Source: a virus (taxonomy: Duplodnaviria > Caudoviricetes). From it: a stretch of DNA of 64,000 nt. The stretch lies in the IMG/VR virus record IMGVR_UViG_3300022555_000004; one strand, 5' to 3'. Positions 9,114-18,506 of the stretch are shown piece after piece. Below the pieces are notes generated by a model. The model made no database searches and had not been told where the DNA came from. It saw nothing but the letters and a program-made list of their open reading frames with translations. Both the position numbers and the translations under genes were made by a program. Positions within the stretch are counted from its first letter, which is position 1. Each line of letters starts with the position of its first letter.

Positions 9114-9124
9114 GTATTTAGAGA

Positions 9125-10900
9125 TTACCTCAACATTTCTATAAGATCTTGAAAACTTATTATAGTAATATTCATGGTTTGCGCCTTTTTGTTTTTGATA
9201 CTGCCGCTATCGGAATCATCCGTCACCAAATAATCGGTGGATTTAGAAATACCTTTTACATATCCACCCTTGCTTGTTATCAATTGTGTAACTGCATCAC
9301 GTTTCATGGGCATTTTGCCAGTCAATGTGAATGTCAGTCCACTTATACTCGTTTTCTCTTTCATAATAAATTTCAATCCTTTCTCTTTCATAAAATTGTA
9401 AAGTTCGGCAAACTTATTTATATTTTCTACAAGGTTGTTAGAAAGAATATCTCCAACACCTTCTATACCATAGATGCCGTCTACGTTGAATAAATCATCA
9501 AAATTATATTTTTCTAAAATTGGTGTCGCCAATGTTTTACCAATACCACTTATACCAAAGGCTGCCAATAACTTATCAGGTGTAACCGATAGTGTTTTCT
9601 GGATTTCATAATAGACCTGTTCGGCCTTTTTGATACCAAATCCCCCAAGGGCAGACATTTCCAATTCATCCAATTCATACATTTCTTCAATAGAATTGAC
9701 ACCAAGATTTCTGACCGTTGTTTCGGTAATGTATTCAGACCCTAATGTTTTGAAAAAATGGGCAATCTGTCTTACCTTAGAATCATAACAATCCTCATTT
9801 TTACATACAAGGTCAACACCGATATGTTGTACACTACCACCACATGAAGGACAAACCTCCGGTGCGAAAATATCGAGAACTCGCTCGAAGACCTCTGTGA
9901 TGTAGGGTATCACACCACCACTACGGACAATACCAATTACGGCGCCCGTTCCAATTCCATTATCAAAAATGAAATCATAATTAAATCCGGTTGCTTTAGA
10001 GATTGTAACACCATCTAATTCAATCGGTTCAATATAAACCAAAGGTGTAATTTTGCCTGTACGTCCCAAATTCCATTCGACCTTATCAACAACTACTTTG
10101 ACTGCTTCTGTATTAACCTTGTATGCCACCTTATTTTCCGGTAACATAACATCTTCCCGTTCAGAATCATTATTCGTTAGAACAAGGCCATCAACATCAT
10201 AAGGCATGTATTTTGCGTTCATCAAAATCGTATTTAAGGTATCCACAATATCACTATCTTTTGAGTATTTTAATGTAGTGAACGGCGGAACTTGAAGACC
10301 AAGATTGACCATTGTGGACAATCGACTAATTTCGGTTGTAGGGATGCCCGTTTCACATTCCAATATTTCATAAAACATTGGATGTAACATTTCAACATGA
10401 TGAGCAAGTGCACCATTGACGCCGTTTCTACGATTTTTATAACCTAATTTGATATGGTCATCATTAAACAATAACAATTCACCCCTCAAAGAGATTCGAC
10501 TATCAATAACAAATTTGGGCATAATCTTTTTGATTTTATCCGTAATGTCCTGCCCTTCTTGACCATCGCCCCTTGTGGACGCAAATACAACTTCACCATT
10601 TTCAACAGTAACCATGAAGGATACACCATCAAGTTTATGGCTGACAACGATTTCCTTACCTTTTACAAACTTTTCAACTGTATCGGATTTTACCTTATCT
10701 AAGGAACCCAACACAAAGGGTAATTTGACCTTTTCGCCATCAACACTGGCACCGACTGTTTTGAAATATTGGTCATTAGGAAATTCGGACTTGGCCTGTT
10801 CCTTCAATAAATCATATTCAGTGTCAGTCAATGTCGTGACATCTTCATTGTAATATTCCTTATCATATTGTTTTAATTGTTCTAATATATTTTTTGTCAT
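9125..10900 (-). CDS. ligA: NAD-dependent DNA ligase
   Basis: KLDG motif I, TRGDG, Cys-containing Zn-finger region, HhH repeats, C-terminal BRCT. Confidence 0.96.
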   Translation of the reverse strand: MTKNILEQLKQYDKEYYNEDVTTLTDTEYDLLKEQAKSEFPNDQYFKTVGASVDGEKVKLPFVLGSLDKVKSDTVEKFVKGKEIVVSHKLDGVSFMVTVENGEVVFASTRGDGQEGQDITDKIKKIMPKFVIDSRISLRGELLLFNDDHIKLGYKNRRNGVNGALAHHVEMLHPMFYEILECETGIPTTEISRLSTMVNLGLQVPPFTTLKYSKDSDIVDTLNTILMNAKYMPYDVDGLVLTNNDSEREDVMLPENKVAYKVNTEAVKVVVDKVEWNLGRTGKITPLVYIEPIELDGVTISKATGFNYDFIFDNGIGTGAVIGIVRSGGVIPYITEVFERVLDIFAPEVCPSCGGSVQHIGVDLVCKNEDCYDSKVRQIAHFFKTLGSEYITETTVRNLGVNSIEEMYELDELEMSALGGFGIKKAEQVYYEIQKTLSVTPDKLLAAFGISGIGKTLATPILEKYNFDDLFNVDGIYGIEGVGDILSNNLVENINKFAELYNFMKEKGLKFIMKEKTSISGLTFTLTGKMPMKRDAVTQLITSKGGYVKGISKSTDYLVTDDSDSGSIKNKKAQTMNITIISFQDLIEMLR

Positions 10901-10999
10901 CTTTATATATCCTTAGTTTTTTCTCTTATTATAACACAAAAAGGGAATAATGTCAACCATTATTCCCTTTTGTAAGTATTGTAAATAGATAGCTTTTTT

Positions 11000-11207
11000 T
11001 AGGTTGCCGCCCGTCATAATACGGATGCGCTGGCACTATCTTCTGATTCCTGCTCGATATTTACAATTTTATTTATTTTTCTGATAGGATTCCCCACCCT
11101 ATTCCATATTCCCACATTTGGTTACTACAAGGTTCAACTGTCAGGCAGCCTTTTCATGCCATATGCTTTGGAATATTTTATCACTACGACAACCTAGTGC
11201 TGACACA
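11000..11207 (-). ncRNA. Candidate ~200-nt structured RNA
   Basis: 5' UAGGUUGUCG pairs with 3' CGGCAACCUA (G-U favours minus strand); also GUGUCAG/CUGACA, GCACUA/UAGUGC, UAUUCCA/UGGAAUA. Confidence 0.5.
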
Positions 11208-11220
11208 CTACAGAAAAATT

Positions 11221-11445
11221 TTAATAAAACAACTTTACTTCATTTTCGTCCATAAACTGATAAAACTTATCATATACTGTTTCATAAATTTTACTTTGTT
11301 CAGGTGTAAGTGTAACATTGTATTTTATTTGACCCCTTAACCATCCATGAAAATCATCTAAGACATGATGAAATTTAGGCCCATTCACGGTCAAGTTATA
11401 ATCATATTCATCTTCTGGTAAATTAAATTCTAATACGTTTTTCAT
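11221..11445 (-). CDS. Hypothetical protein
   Basis: RBS; co-oriented. Confidence 0.7.
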   Translation of the reverse strand: MKNVLEFNLPEDEYDYNLTVNGPKFHHVLDDFHGWLRGQIKYNVTLTPEQSKIYETVYDKFYQFMDENEVKLFY

Positions 11446-11462
11446 TTTTATCTCCTAATAAC

Positions 11463-11501
11463 ACGGAACCCGCCGGCACGCCATATCCGGCTTGGTTCCG
11501 T
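11463..11501 (-). other. Conserved GC-rich hairpin, copy 1
   Basis: GGAACC-AA-GCCGG...CCGGC-G-GGTTCC; near-identical stem at 37313-37346. Confidence 0.6.
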
Positions 11502-11808
11502 TCATATTTTACTTTGCTTGAAAATTAGCACAATCCTTCCCCGATTTCCGAGGAACGAATACATTATTGATAACACACAACCGGATTAATCCGGTTTGCA
11601 CAATCTTTACATTTCTGTTCGTTCATTGTATTTTCCTTTCTTTTTTATTTCCTTTTTAATTGTTTTGCTCTTGTTCTATCATCTTCTTTTTCGGCATCGC
11701 GTAACATTTCTTTGTCTAAATCCTTTTTAGAAAATTTGGCCAATACTGGCGGCCAAGCCGGTTTACTTCCTTTTTGTTTTTTCATAATATATACCTCAAT
11801 CTATAAAT

Positions 11809-11908
11809 CAGGTGTAGTAGGATTTCATACCTACATGAAAACTTTAATTATCCTCTGAATATTATGTTTTCACCAGAGTCCCGCGTCTTTGTGTTCCGCC
11901 ATACACCT
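11809..11908 (-). ncRNA. tRNA-Leu-like RNA with anticodon arm replaced by an insertion
   Basis: Acceptor AGGUGUA/UACACCU, Leu-type D arm UGGCGGAA..AGACGC, T arm GUAGG/CCUAC; no normal anticodon stem-loop. Confidence 0.6.
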
Positions 11909-11916
11909 TTTTAATT

Positions 11917-12474
11917 TTAATCCATTCTGGATCCGGTGTAAACCGTAATTCCATTATCACTCAACACCTGAGCAAAAGCACTTGCGAATGCGATTTTCCG
12001 TTCCATACTCTGGCCACCTTGACCAACCCAATAAGAATATCCACCTTGATAGGATTTGCCCCAATCAGAACCCTTTTCGCCAACCATACCGGCTTTTTTC
12101 AAACCAGCAAGGAATTTACGATTAGGTGTAGTGTTGGCTTTGAATTGAACCCAAGCGAACCCACAGACCCCACCATCAACAACCCACGATTTAGCCACGG
12201 GCGAATTATCATCAATCATATTTGTGTGTTGTTCAACAATCATTGGAGTCGGTTTGGCCGTATTGAGCGCCTTTATACCTGCTTCCAGAGCTAATGCCAT
12301 AATCTTTACGGCGCCATTTTCTTTTACAACAATCGTTTTTTTCGTATAGTTAGGATCACCAAGCGTTTTAATCATATCAGATGCCTGGTCATATGTCAAA
12401 TTTTCGTTTCGATAATCTTTTTTGGTGATGCAAAATAAAGCCCAACCTTGTCGTTTCGTCATAAGTTTAGTCAT
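11917..12474 (-). CDS. Conserved phage hypothetical protein
   Basis: GVCGFAWV...GQSMERK.AFA.AFA.VL pattern recalled from large phages. Confidence 0.75.
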   Translation of the reverse strand: MTKLMTKRQGWALFCITKKDYRNENLTYDQASDMIKTLGDPNYTKKTIVVKENGAVKIMALALEAGIKALNTAKPTPMIVEQHTNMIDDNSPVAKSWVVDGGVCGFAWVQFKANTTPNRKFLAGLKKAGMVGEKGSDWGKSYQGGYSYWVGQGGQSMERKIAFASAFAQVLSDNGITVYTGSRMD

Positions 12475-12541
12475 CGTTTTACCACCTTTCTTTCACTGTT
12501 TTTTCTCTTATTATAACATAAAATGTTGGCCAAGGCAAGTC

Positions 12542-12979
12542 TTATTTTTGTTCAATATCAATAGTGTCTTTGTTCAACATATACCAATCGGGGTTATTCA
12601 ATGTATCCATCGTAAAGTTTAACGTGGCTGCATTCCACACCATTAGGCTGGCAATGTTCTTTGTTTTATCATAATTGTGAATAACATAGATATGTTTAAA
12701 AATACCATAGGCAAAACCAATCTCCCAAATCGTTCCAGAGTCATCATTCATACCATCTGTAACAACAGCAACTACGGCATTACAATTCTGAATGGCGGTT
12801 ATGTCTTCAAGAAAAACATTCTTTCCCCATTCTTTGTTAGTCAAATCCCAAGCGTTTGGAATGTCGTGTTCCATAGGAACATAGACCTCATGACCCTGTT
12901 TGCGAAGTTTATCGGCAAGGAACGAAATCGTTGCCCTGTCCTTTGTATTAAAAAATGCTCCTGCTAAATATATTTTCAT
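12542..12979 (-). CDS. Nucleoside 2-deoxyribosyltransferase family protein
   Basis: KIYLAG.FF and DDSGTIWEIGFAY motifs. Confidence 0.88.
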   Translation of the reverse strand: MKIYLAGAFFNTKDRATISFLADKLRKQGHEVYVPMEHDIPNAWDLTNKEWGKNVFLEDITAIQNCNAVVAVVTDGMNDDSGTIWEIGFAYGIFKHIYVIHNYDKTKNIASLMVWNAATLNFTMDTLNNPDWYMLNKDTIDIEQK

Positions 12980-13040
12980 AGTGTTATCTCACTTTTTTCT
13001 CTTATAATAACATAAAATCCTTTGTTTGTCAAGGCCTATG

Positions 13041-13241
13041 TTAGAACATTTTTCCGTCAAAATTCAATATGTTACGAATGGGTGCCAGTCTATTGAAGAT
13101 ATCTTGAACATTTACCATCTTATCGTTATGAAATTTTTCCAATTGTAAATACTTATATAATTCAACAATGACTTCATCTGCTTCCGTCATTTGTGTTTGT
13201 AAATTTTTTATATCTAATTCTAATTTATTGATATATCTCAT
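13041..13241 (-). CDS. Hypothetical protein
   Basis: RBS and own sigma70 promoter context. Confidence 0.65.
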   Translation of the reverse strand: MRYINKLELDIKNLQTQMTEADEVIVELYKYLQLEKFHNDKMVNVQDIFNRLAPIRNILNFDGKMF

Positions 13242-13564
13242 ATACTTCCTTTCTTTTATGTCAATTCTATATCATTTTTAACGAACATAATGTCAGCCGT
13301 TTGATACATGTTTTCCCCAAAGATATTCATTATTTGCACAACTGAATTTCAAGAACATCAGTATTATGATCGAAATGATATCTCATGGCGTTTAGGTCAT
13401 TTTTCGCTAATACATCAACACCCTTTTTGGTCAATGTAACCCTTACTATATCGTTAATGTTTATTATGTTTTTCATATTTTTATCTCACTTTTTTCCTTT
13501 TATTATAACACAAAATTCTTTGTTTGTCAATATAAAAAAAGGATGGTCAAAACCATCCTTTTTA

Positions 13565-13702
13565 TTATTTCTTACCTTTTTTTCCTTTTGGTGCACGGAT
13601 ACCTTTGTTCAAACAGGATTTACACATTTTCTTAGTCACCATTTCGGAAGCGCGTTTTGGGGAATTACAAGCCCCACATACTACCATTCCTTTTGCTGCC
13701 AT
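13565..13702 (-). CDS. 45-aa basic Zn-ribbon-like protein (below ORF-track cutoff)
   Basis: MAAKGMVVCGACNSPKRASEMVTKKMCKSCLNKGIRAPKGKKGKK*; GGGGG RBS; terminator follows. Confidence 0.7.
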   Translation of the reverse strand: MAAKGMVVCGACNSPKRASEMVTKKMCKSCLNKGIRAPKGKKGKK

Positions 13703-13947
13703 AATCGTATCCCCCTTTCATTTTATTTGATGTTGGATCCCTGTATGTAGTAGTGGGTGCAGTTACACTCTGTTTTAAACAGATATGCCACATTAGGACT
13801 AATACAGAATTCACTTCCCAAGAGCCATATAGTCGATTGTCACCAATCAAACATCACTCTTGCCTCCAACTAAAGTGCCCTCCAAGGCACACTCTTTGTT
13901 TCATTTATTAAAGAGAGTATAACAGATTTTTCTTTATTTGGCAAGGA

Positions 13948-14322
13948 TTATTTACTTTTTAAAACGCTCAAAATCTCATGTAATGCCCAGTATTCTGGAT
14001 TTACAAATGCTGTAACAGCACCGAATAAACCAATTATGGCAACCACAACCATCACACCAATGAATGTTGTTGGCAAAAACATTGCTGGCCCTAAATACTC
14101 TAATTTTTCATACCAATTACAACAAGCGCTGTTTGGATGTTTACCAGAGAATTTTTTGTGCAATTTATACAACACTGCAACACAAATTGATGTCAAAACA
14201 GCAAACATAATACTCAATATGCCATCAATAAATGCTTGCTTGACCAACACATCCCACAAATAACCAGATGTTACACCCAATTTTTCCGCTAATTTTTCTA
14301 ACACTGGAACCAATTCTTTCAT
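13948..14322 (-). CDS. Hypothetical membrane protein
   Basis: Two hydrophobic segments. Confidence 0.75.
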   Translation of the reverse strand: MKELVPVLEKLAEKLGVTSGYLWDVLVKQAFIDGILSIMFAVLTSICVAVLYKLHKKFSGKHPNSACCNWYEKLEYLGPAMFLPTTFIGVMVVVAIIGLFGAVTAFVNPEYWALHEILSVLKSK

Positions 14323-14331
14323 TTTATTCTC

Positions 14332-15339
14332 CTATTCTTTGTTCTTCAATAAAAAATCATTGTTGAGGCATTTAATACTCATTCTGCCATTCATTGCCCG
14401 TGAAACCATTTCTACGACTGGACGAATAACAATTCCTTCACGGAAATTATTAGTATCTTCATACACACCCTTTGCCATTTCTAACAATTCATCAACTGAA
14501 TTATTGAAATACCATATATCAATAATAGGCACCATTTCAAGTTGCAAATCTCGACAAACTTGTTTTAGTTCTTCAAAGTTTGCATATCGTTGTTCATCAA
14601 TAAACCATACATTGAATACAAACAATTTATGTCCTTTCAATTTCAGATGGTTCTTTTGTATTCCTTCGCCACACAACTCTGCCTGTATAGCAATATTCTT
14701 ACCATATTTCAAAAGTTTGTCTTGTAAGTCATACTTATACATCATTTTGATATAGATGTTGTCATCATTACCTTCTAATTTCAAGGCATTGTTGCGAGAA
14801 CAAACATTGATTTCATCGTTCAAACATCCAATCGTCCAACTTGTGCCATCACACTTTACGGTACTATAGACCTTCACGCCCCGTAACTCATTGATTACAT
14901 CAGGGTAGTTTTGTATCCTATCTTCATCTGTCTTAGGAATATAAGGCGGAAAATTACCTTTGATTAGCCCACGCATTTCAGGTGGTATTGGTTTTTCATA
15001 ATGAGTAACACCCAAAACATTAGAAATATCCAAATCTTCTTCAATAAGAAACGGAAATGGATAATCGGCCAAAATTGTAATTGGAAATACAATGCCTTGG
15101 GACAAAGCGCCACGTAATCTTTTGGTTTTGATACGGAATTTTTCTTTTCGTAAAAATTCAAAAATCATTGATTCACGTACAATAGAATCAAGGGCAATAT
15201 AAACACATAAATCACCAACTCTAAAGTCGCCACGCTTAGTCACAACCTGCCAACCCAAGACTTTTACTACATCTAAAAAGTCTGAATTTTCAACAGGCTG
15301 AACATCAATTATTCTTTGGATGGTTGCTTCTCTGGACAT
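14332..15339 (-). CDS. RNA ligase, Rnl2-like with N-terminal OB/tRNA-binding-like domain
   Basis: KCDGTS motif I, QAELCG.GIQKN, REGIVIR, KCLNNDFL. Confidence 0.9.
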   Translation of the reverse strand: MSREATIQRIIDVQPVENSDFLDVVKVLGWQVVTKRGDFRVGDLCVYIALDSIVRESMIFEFLRKEKFRIKTKRLRGALSQGIVFPITILADYPFPFLIEEDLDISNVLGVTHYEKPIPPEMRGLIKGNFPPYIPKTDEDRIQNYPDVINELRGVKVYSTVKCDGTSWTIGCLNDEINVCSRNNALKLEGNDDNIYIKMMYKYDLQDKLLKYGKNIAIQAELCGEGIQKNHLKLKGHKLFVFNVWFIDEQRYANFEELKQVCRDLQLEMVPIIDIWYFNNSVDELLEMAKGVYEDTNNFREGIVIRPVVEMVSRAMNGRMSIKCLNNDFLLKNKE

Positions 15340-15342
15340 TAC

Positions 15343-15510
15343 TTATTTCCTTTCCCTTTTAATTTTTAATTTTTCTAATTTTGCTCGTAAATCATCAATA
15401 GTTATAATATCACTACCTCTTGATAATTTTTTTATATCTTCCCACATAAAGGGGCTACCTTCTGTTTTCCAGAATGCCAATAATTCTTTTCTATTAGTAA
15501 TGTTGTTCAT
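15343..15510 (-). CDS. Small hypothetical protein
   Basis: Start MNNITN with GGGG RBS. Confidence 0.6.
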   Translation of the reverse strand: MNNITNRKELLAFWKTEGSPFMWEDIKKLSRGSDIITIDDLRAKLEKLKIKRERK

Positions 15511-15586
15511 AATAAAAACCCCTTTCATAGTATGTAAGTATAATACCATAAAAGGGGTGATTTGTCAAGGAAAATATATCCCTTAT

Positions 15587-15916
15587 TTAATCGTATTCAT
15601 AATCGTGTCCGTGTCTGCCTTTCCAGTTTTGTATCAACAAGTCTTTTGCTTTATCATTCAGATTATCCAAAGCACCAAAATCCGCATCCTCCTCACCAGA
15701 CACGCCTCGAGCATGTTGCCGTTCATGTTGTAAGATAATATCCTTTTCATTTTTAGTCAAAGACGGATCGTTACAGATAACAATAATAGTTTTAGATTTT
15801 GATGTTATAGTCAATGCGTATTGTTCGGTCGAATCAAAATCATCATTCACAGATAACAATGTTTTCTTGAACGTGTCGAAATCTGATTTAGATAAGTATC
15901 GTATTATAGTTTTCAT
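15587..15916 (-). CDS. Hypothetical protein with HExxH motif
   Basis: ILQHERQHA. Confidence 0.65.
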   Translation of the reverse strand: MKTIIRYLSKSDFDTFKKTLLSVNDDFDSTEQYALTITSKSKTIIVICNDPSLTKNEKDIILQHERQHARGVSGEEDADFGALDNLNDKAKDLLIQNWKGRHGHDYEYD

Positions 15917-16383
15917 TCTTTCCTCAAATAATCTATCAATTTACACATAGCATCGTAAACAGGTGTAAATACATCCAATTTGCTTTGTGCATTACCAGCA
16001 ATATTTATGATTTTGAAATCGTTTTCAATAATCCAATCGCCTACTTCTTTTATCATTGTGTATGTAATTGGATAACCAAGGTCTATATCTGTATGAGGTT
16101 TATCATATTCTTTGATGGCATTGAATGTGCATTTTTCGCCGGCGGAATTGAAGTTGAAGGCAAATCGTAATGTGCAATCAGAATTTTGAACATTCATATA
16201 TGTTCGTTTTTTGTAACCACCTTGAACTTCAACAAGGCCAAATTTATCACGGAGGGAAAAATCACTTCCATCTAATGTCATAAACTTAGAAGGAGCAAAC
16301 CCACCTGTTTCTATGCCTTTATAAAATGCTGCATAGAGTCCGGCTTGATCTGCCCCTGTTTGTCCGCCCGATATAATTTTCAT
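15913..16383 (-). CDS. SLOG-family (putative molybdenum-carrier-like) protein
   Basis: KIISGGQTGAD.AGL, RTYMNVQNSD.TL, INIAGN motifs. Confidence 0.85.
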   Translation of the reverse strand: MKIISGGQTGADQAGLYAAFYKGIETGGFAPSKFMTLDGSDFSLRDKFGLVEVQGGYKKRTYMNVQNSDCTLRFAFNFNSAGEKCTFNAIKEYDKPHTDIDLGYPITYTMIKEVGDWIIENDFKIINIAGNAQSKLDVFTPVYDAMCKLIDYLRKE

Positions 16384-16574
16384 AATTCAAACAATTCATC
16401 AGGTATTGTAATTTCATATACTGGAACACACATCGTATTACGGTTGGCCGCGCCACATGCTCCTAAATTACAATAGGTTGATAGGTCATGTTTAAATTGA
16501 TGTTCACAATCAGGTGTTGTCTTAAATTCATATCCACATATTTTATCTCTTATCAATTCACAAATTACATGCAT
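16380..16574 (-). CDS. Cys-rich LDDELFEL-tag family protein
   Basis: Ends YEITIPDELFEL*; DNA matches the 3' ends of the 7251-8303 genes. Confidence 0.75.
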   Translation of the reverse strand: MHVICELIRDKICGYEFKTTPDCEHQFKHDLSTYCNLGACGAANRNTMCVPVYEITIPDELFEL

Positions 16575-16816
16575 TATGTCAACAATCTTTCTTTTATTTC
16601 ACGAACCTTTTCAACTGTTACATTTTGTATAGTCCATGAAATATTTCGTCCTGTAATAAACCATGCTCCGACTCTATAGGCATAAAACAACATATCATCA
16701 ATTATTCGTACATCGCCTTGTTTTACGCCACGTTCATAACTTCTTATGATTGACCCTAGACCACCCATCCATTCATATTTTCTACCGTCAATTGTTACAA
16801 CGATTTTATCTGACAT
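16574..16816 (-). CDS. Hypothetical protein
   Basis: RBS; stop overlaps next start. Confidence 0.7.
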   Translation of the reverse strand: MSDKIVVTIDGRKYEWMGGLGSIIRSYERGVKQGDVRIIDDMLFYAYRVGAWFITGRNISWTIQNVTVEKVREIKERLLT

Positions 16817-16846
16817 TTTATTTTCCTTTCTAACAGATTTTTAAAT

Positions 16847-16923
16847 TGGCAGGCCTTGTAGGTTATGCTCCCACTACTTTTGTTTTGGAGACAAATGTGA
16901 TAATCTGATTTCACCAAAGACCC
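16847..16923 (-). tRNA. tRNA-Trp (CCA), non-canonical T loop AGCAUAA
   Basis: Cloverleaf, anticodon arm UUUGU-CU-CCA-AA-ACAAA, encoded CCA. Confidence 0.85.
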
Positions 16924-16932
16924 ATATTTTAT

Positions 16933-17005
16933 TGGAGCCCCTATTCGGATACGAGCCGAATCCTTCCATTTTACGAGAATGGTGCTCTCACTAAGCTATA
17001 GAGGC
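16933..17005 (-). tRNA. tRNA-Thr (CGT)
   Basis: CCAUU-CU-CGU-AA-AAUGG; T loop CUCGUAU; CCA. Confidence 0.85.
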
Positions 17006-17015
17006 AGTATATTTT

Positions 17016-17089
17016 TGGATCTTGTGGGTAACGATCCCACCGATTTCACATTGCAAGTGTGATGACCGCCCCGTGCAGTCCCAAGACCC
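17016..17089 (-). tRNA. tRNA-Ala (TGC)
   Basis: UCACA-CU-UGC-AA-UGUGA; T loop AUCGUUA; CCA. Confidence 0.85.
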
Positions 17090-17092
17090 TTA

Positions 17093-17284
17093 TTATTTTA
17101 CTATTTTTCTTATAAATCGTTCTGTTATTCTGTATGCAAAAGAACAAATAGCAACACCAACACATATCAAAACTATGATAACTGCAAAAATTCCTGTTAA
17201 ACAACCGATTAACAGGAATATACTTAGTAATACTATGTATATGAATGGATGTTCTAATAGTTTTATTTTATATTCCTTTTTCAT
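17093..17284 (-). CDS. Hypothetical membrane protein
   Basis: Long hydrophobic stretch. Confidence 0.6.
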   Translation of the reverse strand: MKKEYKIKLLEHPFIYIVLLSIFLLIGCLTGIFAVIIVLICVGVAICSFAYRITERFIRKIVK

Positions 17285-17994
17285 ACAATTTCCTTATACA
17301 TATTTTTTTTACTATTTTTTTTACTATTTTTTCTGCCTTTGAACCACCCTTGTTTCAAATAATAATCAAGGTCGCTTTTTATGATTTTTTTATTTTCAAT
17401 GATGTTATATATCCAACATGTTCCGAATTGTGAATTTTTTTGCCCTTCATGTAATCCTGTATGTTTTTCACTCATTTTTCTCTTAGTTTCTTCTGAATGA
17501 CGTTTGCCTTTAAAAACATTCCCTGCGATTTCACTTCTTTTTTGTTTTATATCAGGAGAACCATTATGCGCCCATGATTCTAATCGTTTGTCTATTCCCA
17601 ACATACTAATTATTGATTTATAATTTTCACCATATTTTTCTTTCAATTTTATATCAGCGGTTATTCTTCCTTTTTTACATCGTTCAATATGATCTTTTGA
17701 ACCATCGTTTAAATAATCCCAACCACCTTCGTCACCTCGTTTGAGATTATACGTATTACCGGACTTCAAATATTCGTCTGTAACCAATTCTGATTCTTTG
17801 TCATCCATGTCCTTTTTGTTATCAAACACATGAAGAACCGTTTTCTCAAAACAATCTTTGCCATACTTGTTTATGGCACGTTTCAAATATTTTCCTGAAC
17901 CTAAGTAATTATCATAGATATTGTCTGTTTGATGTTTACCTATATATATTTTACCGTTCGCCTTGTTTCTAACTTCATATACGATATAGTTCAT
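17281..17994 (-). mobile_element. Seg-like GIY-YIG homing endonuclease within the tRNA cluster
   Basis: YIVY...KIYIGKH, YLGSG, NUMOD3 HSEETKRKMS; sense TATAAATA at 18014-18021; paralog of 31942-32610. Confidence 0.9.
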
Positions 17995-18046
17995 AATTTT
18001 TATCTCCTATATCTATTTATATAAAATTAAAAATTTGTAAATGAAA

Positions 18047-18119
18047 TGAGCGGAAAATAGGATTTGAACCTATACAAACTGCCGGGTAGGCAGTCATGCT
18101 ACTTTTACATCATTTCCGC
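18047..18119 (-). tRNA. tRNA-Gly-type with atypical ACC anticodon
   Basis: Gly acceptor GCGGAAA/UUUCCGC-U; ACUGC-CU-ACC-CG-GCAGU. Confidence 0.7.
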
Positions 18120-18130
18120 TTATGTTTAGC

Positions 18131-18203
18131 GAGCGGGATAGGGGAATTGCACCCCTGATTTCCACGTTGGCGACGTAGTTCCATGCTACTTGGATAATCC
18201 CGC
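18131..18203 (-). tRNA. tRNA-Gly (GCC)
   Basis: CUACG-UC-GCC-AA-CGUGG; T loop UGCAAUU. Confidence 0.8.
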
Positions 18204-18211
18204 ATATGTTC

Positions 18212-18287
18212 TGGCAATAACGAGCAGATTTGAACTGCCATAATCTTGATTGACAATCAAGTGCACTTGCCATTGTGCTACGTTACC
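18212..18287 (-). tRNA. tRNA-Asp (GTC)
   Basis: CUUGA-UU-GUC-AA-UCAAG; CCA. Confidence 0.9.
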
Positions 18288-18293
18288 ATGTTT

Positions 18294-18419
18294 TGGCGGC
18301 GTGTTCGCTCTATCAGTAAGAGATCGATCGATTTTTTCACTCCATCATGTATTGTAAGTCTATCTTTATAAGCGCTATTTTGATTCCTCTGCTTTACACA
18401 ACTTCCCTGAAAACACACC
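18294..18419 (-). ncRNA. 126-nt tRNA-like RNA with 8-bp acceptor and GCCA end
   Basis: GGUGUGUU/AACACGCC-GCCA; T-arm-like CUCU-UACUGAU-AGAG; no clear anticodon arm; spaced like its tRNA neighbours. Confidence 0.55.
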
Positions 18420-18431
18420 ATATTATATTTT

Positions 18432-18506
18432 TGGAGCCCAATACCCGATTTGAACGGGTGTCTCAACTTTACAAGAGTCATATTCTGCCAACTAAACTAA
18501 TCGGGC
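18432..18506 (-). tRNA. tRNA-Thr (TGT)
   Basis: UGACU-CU-UGU-AA-AGUUG; CCA. Confidence 0.88.

Noticed and set aside
11000-11207. Group I intron
   Set aside because: P-, Q-, R- and S-like words are weak and out of order, and no interrupted gene flanks the region.
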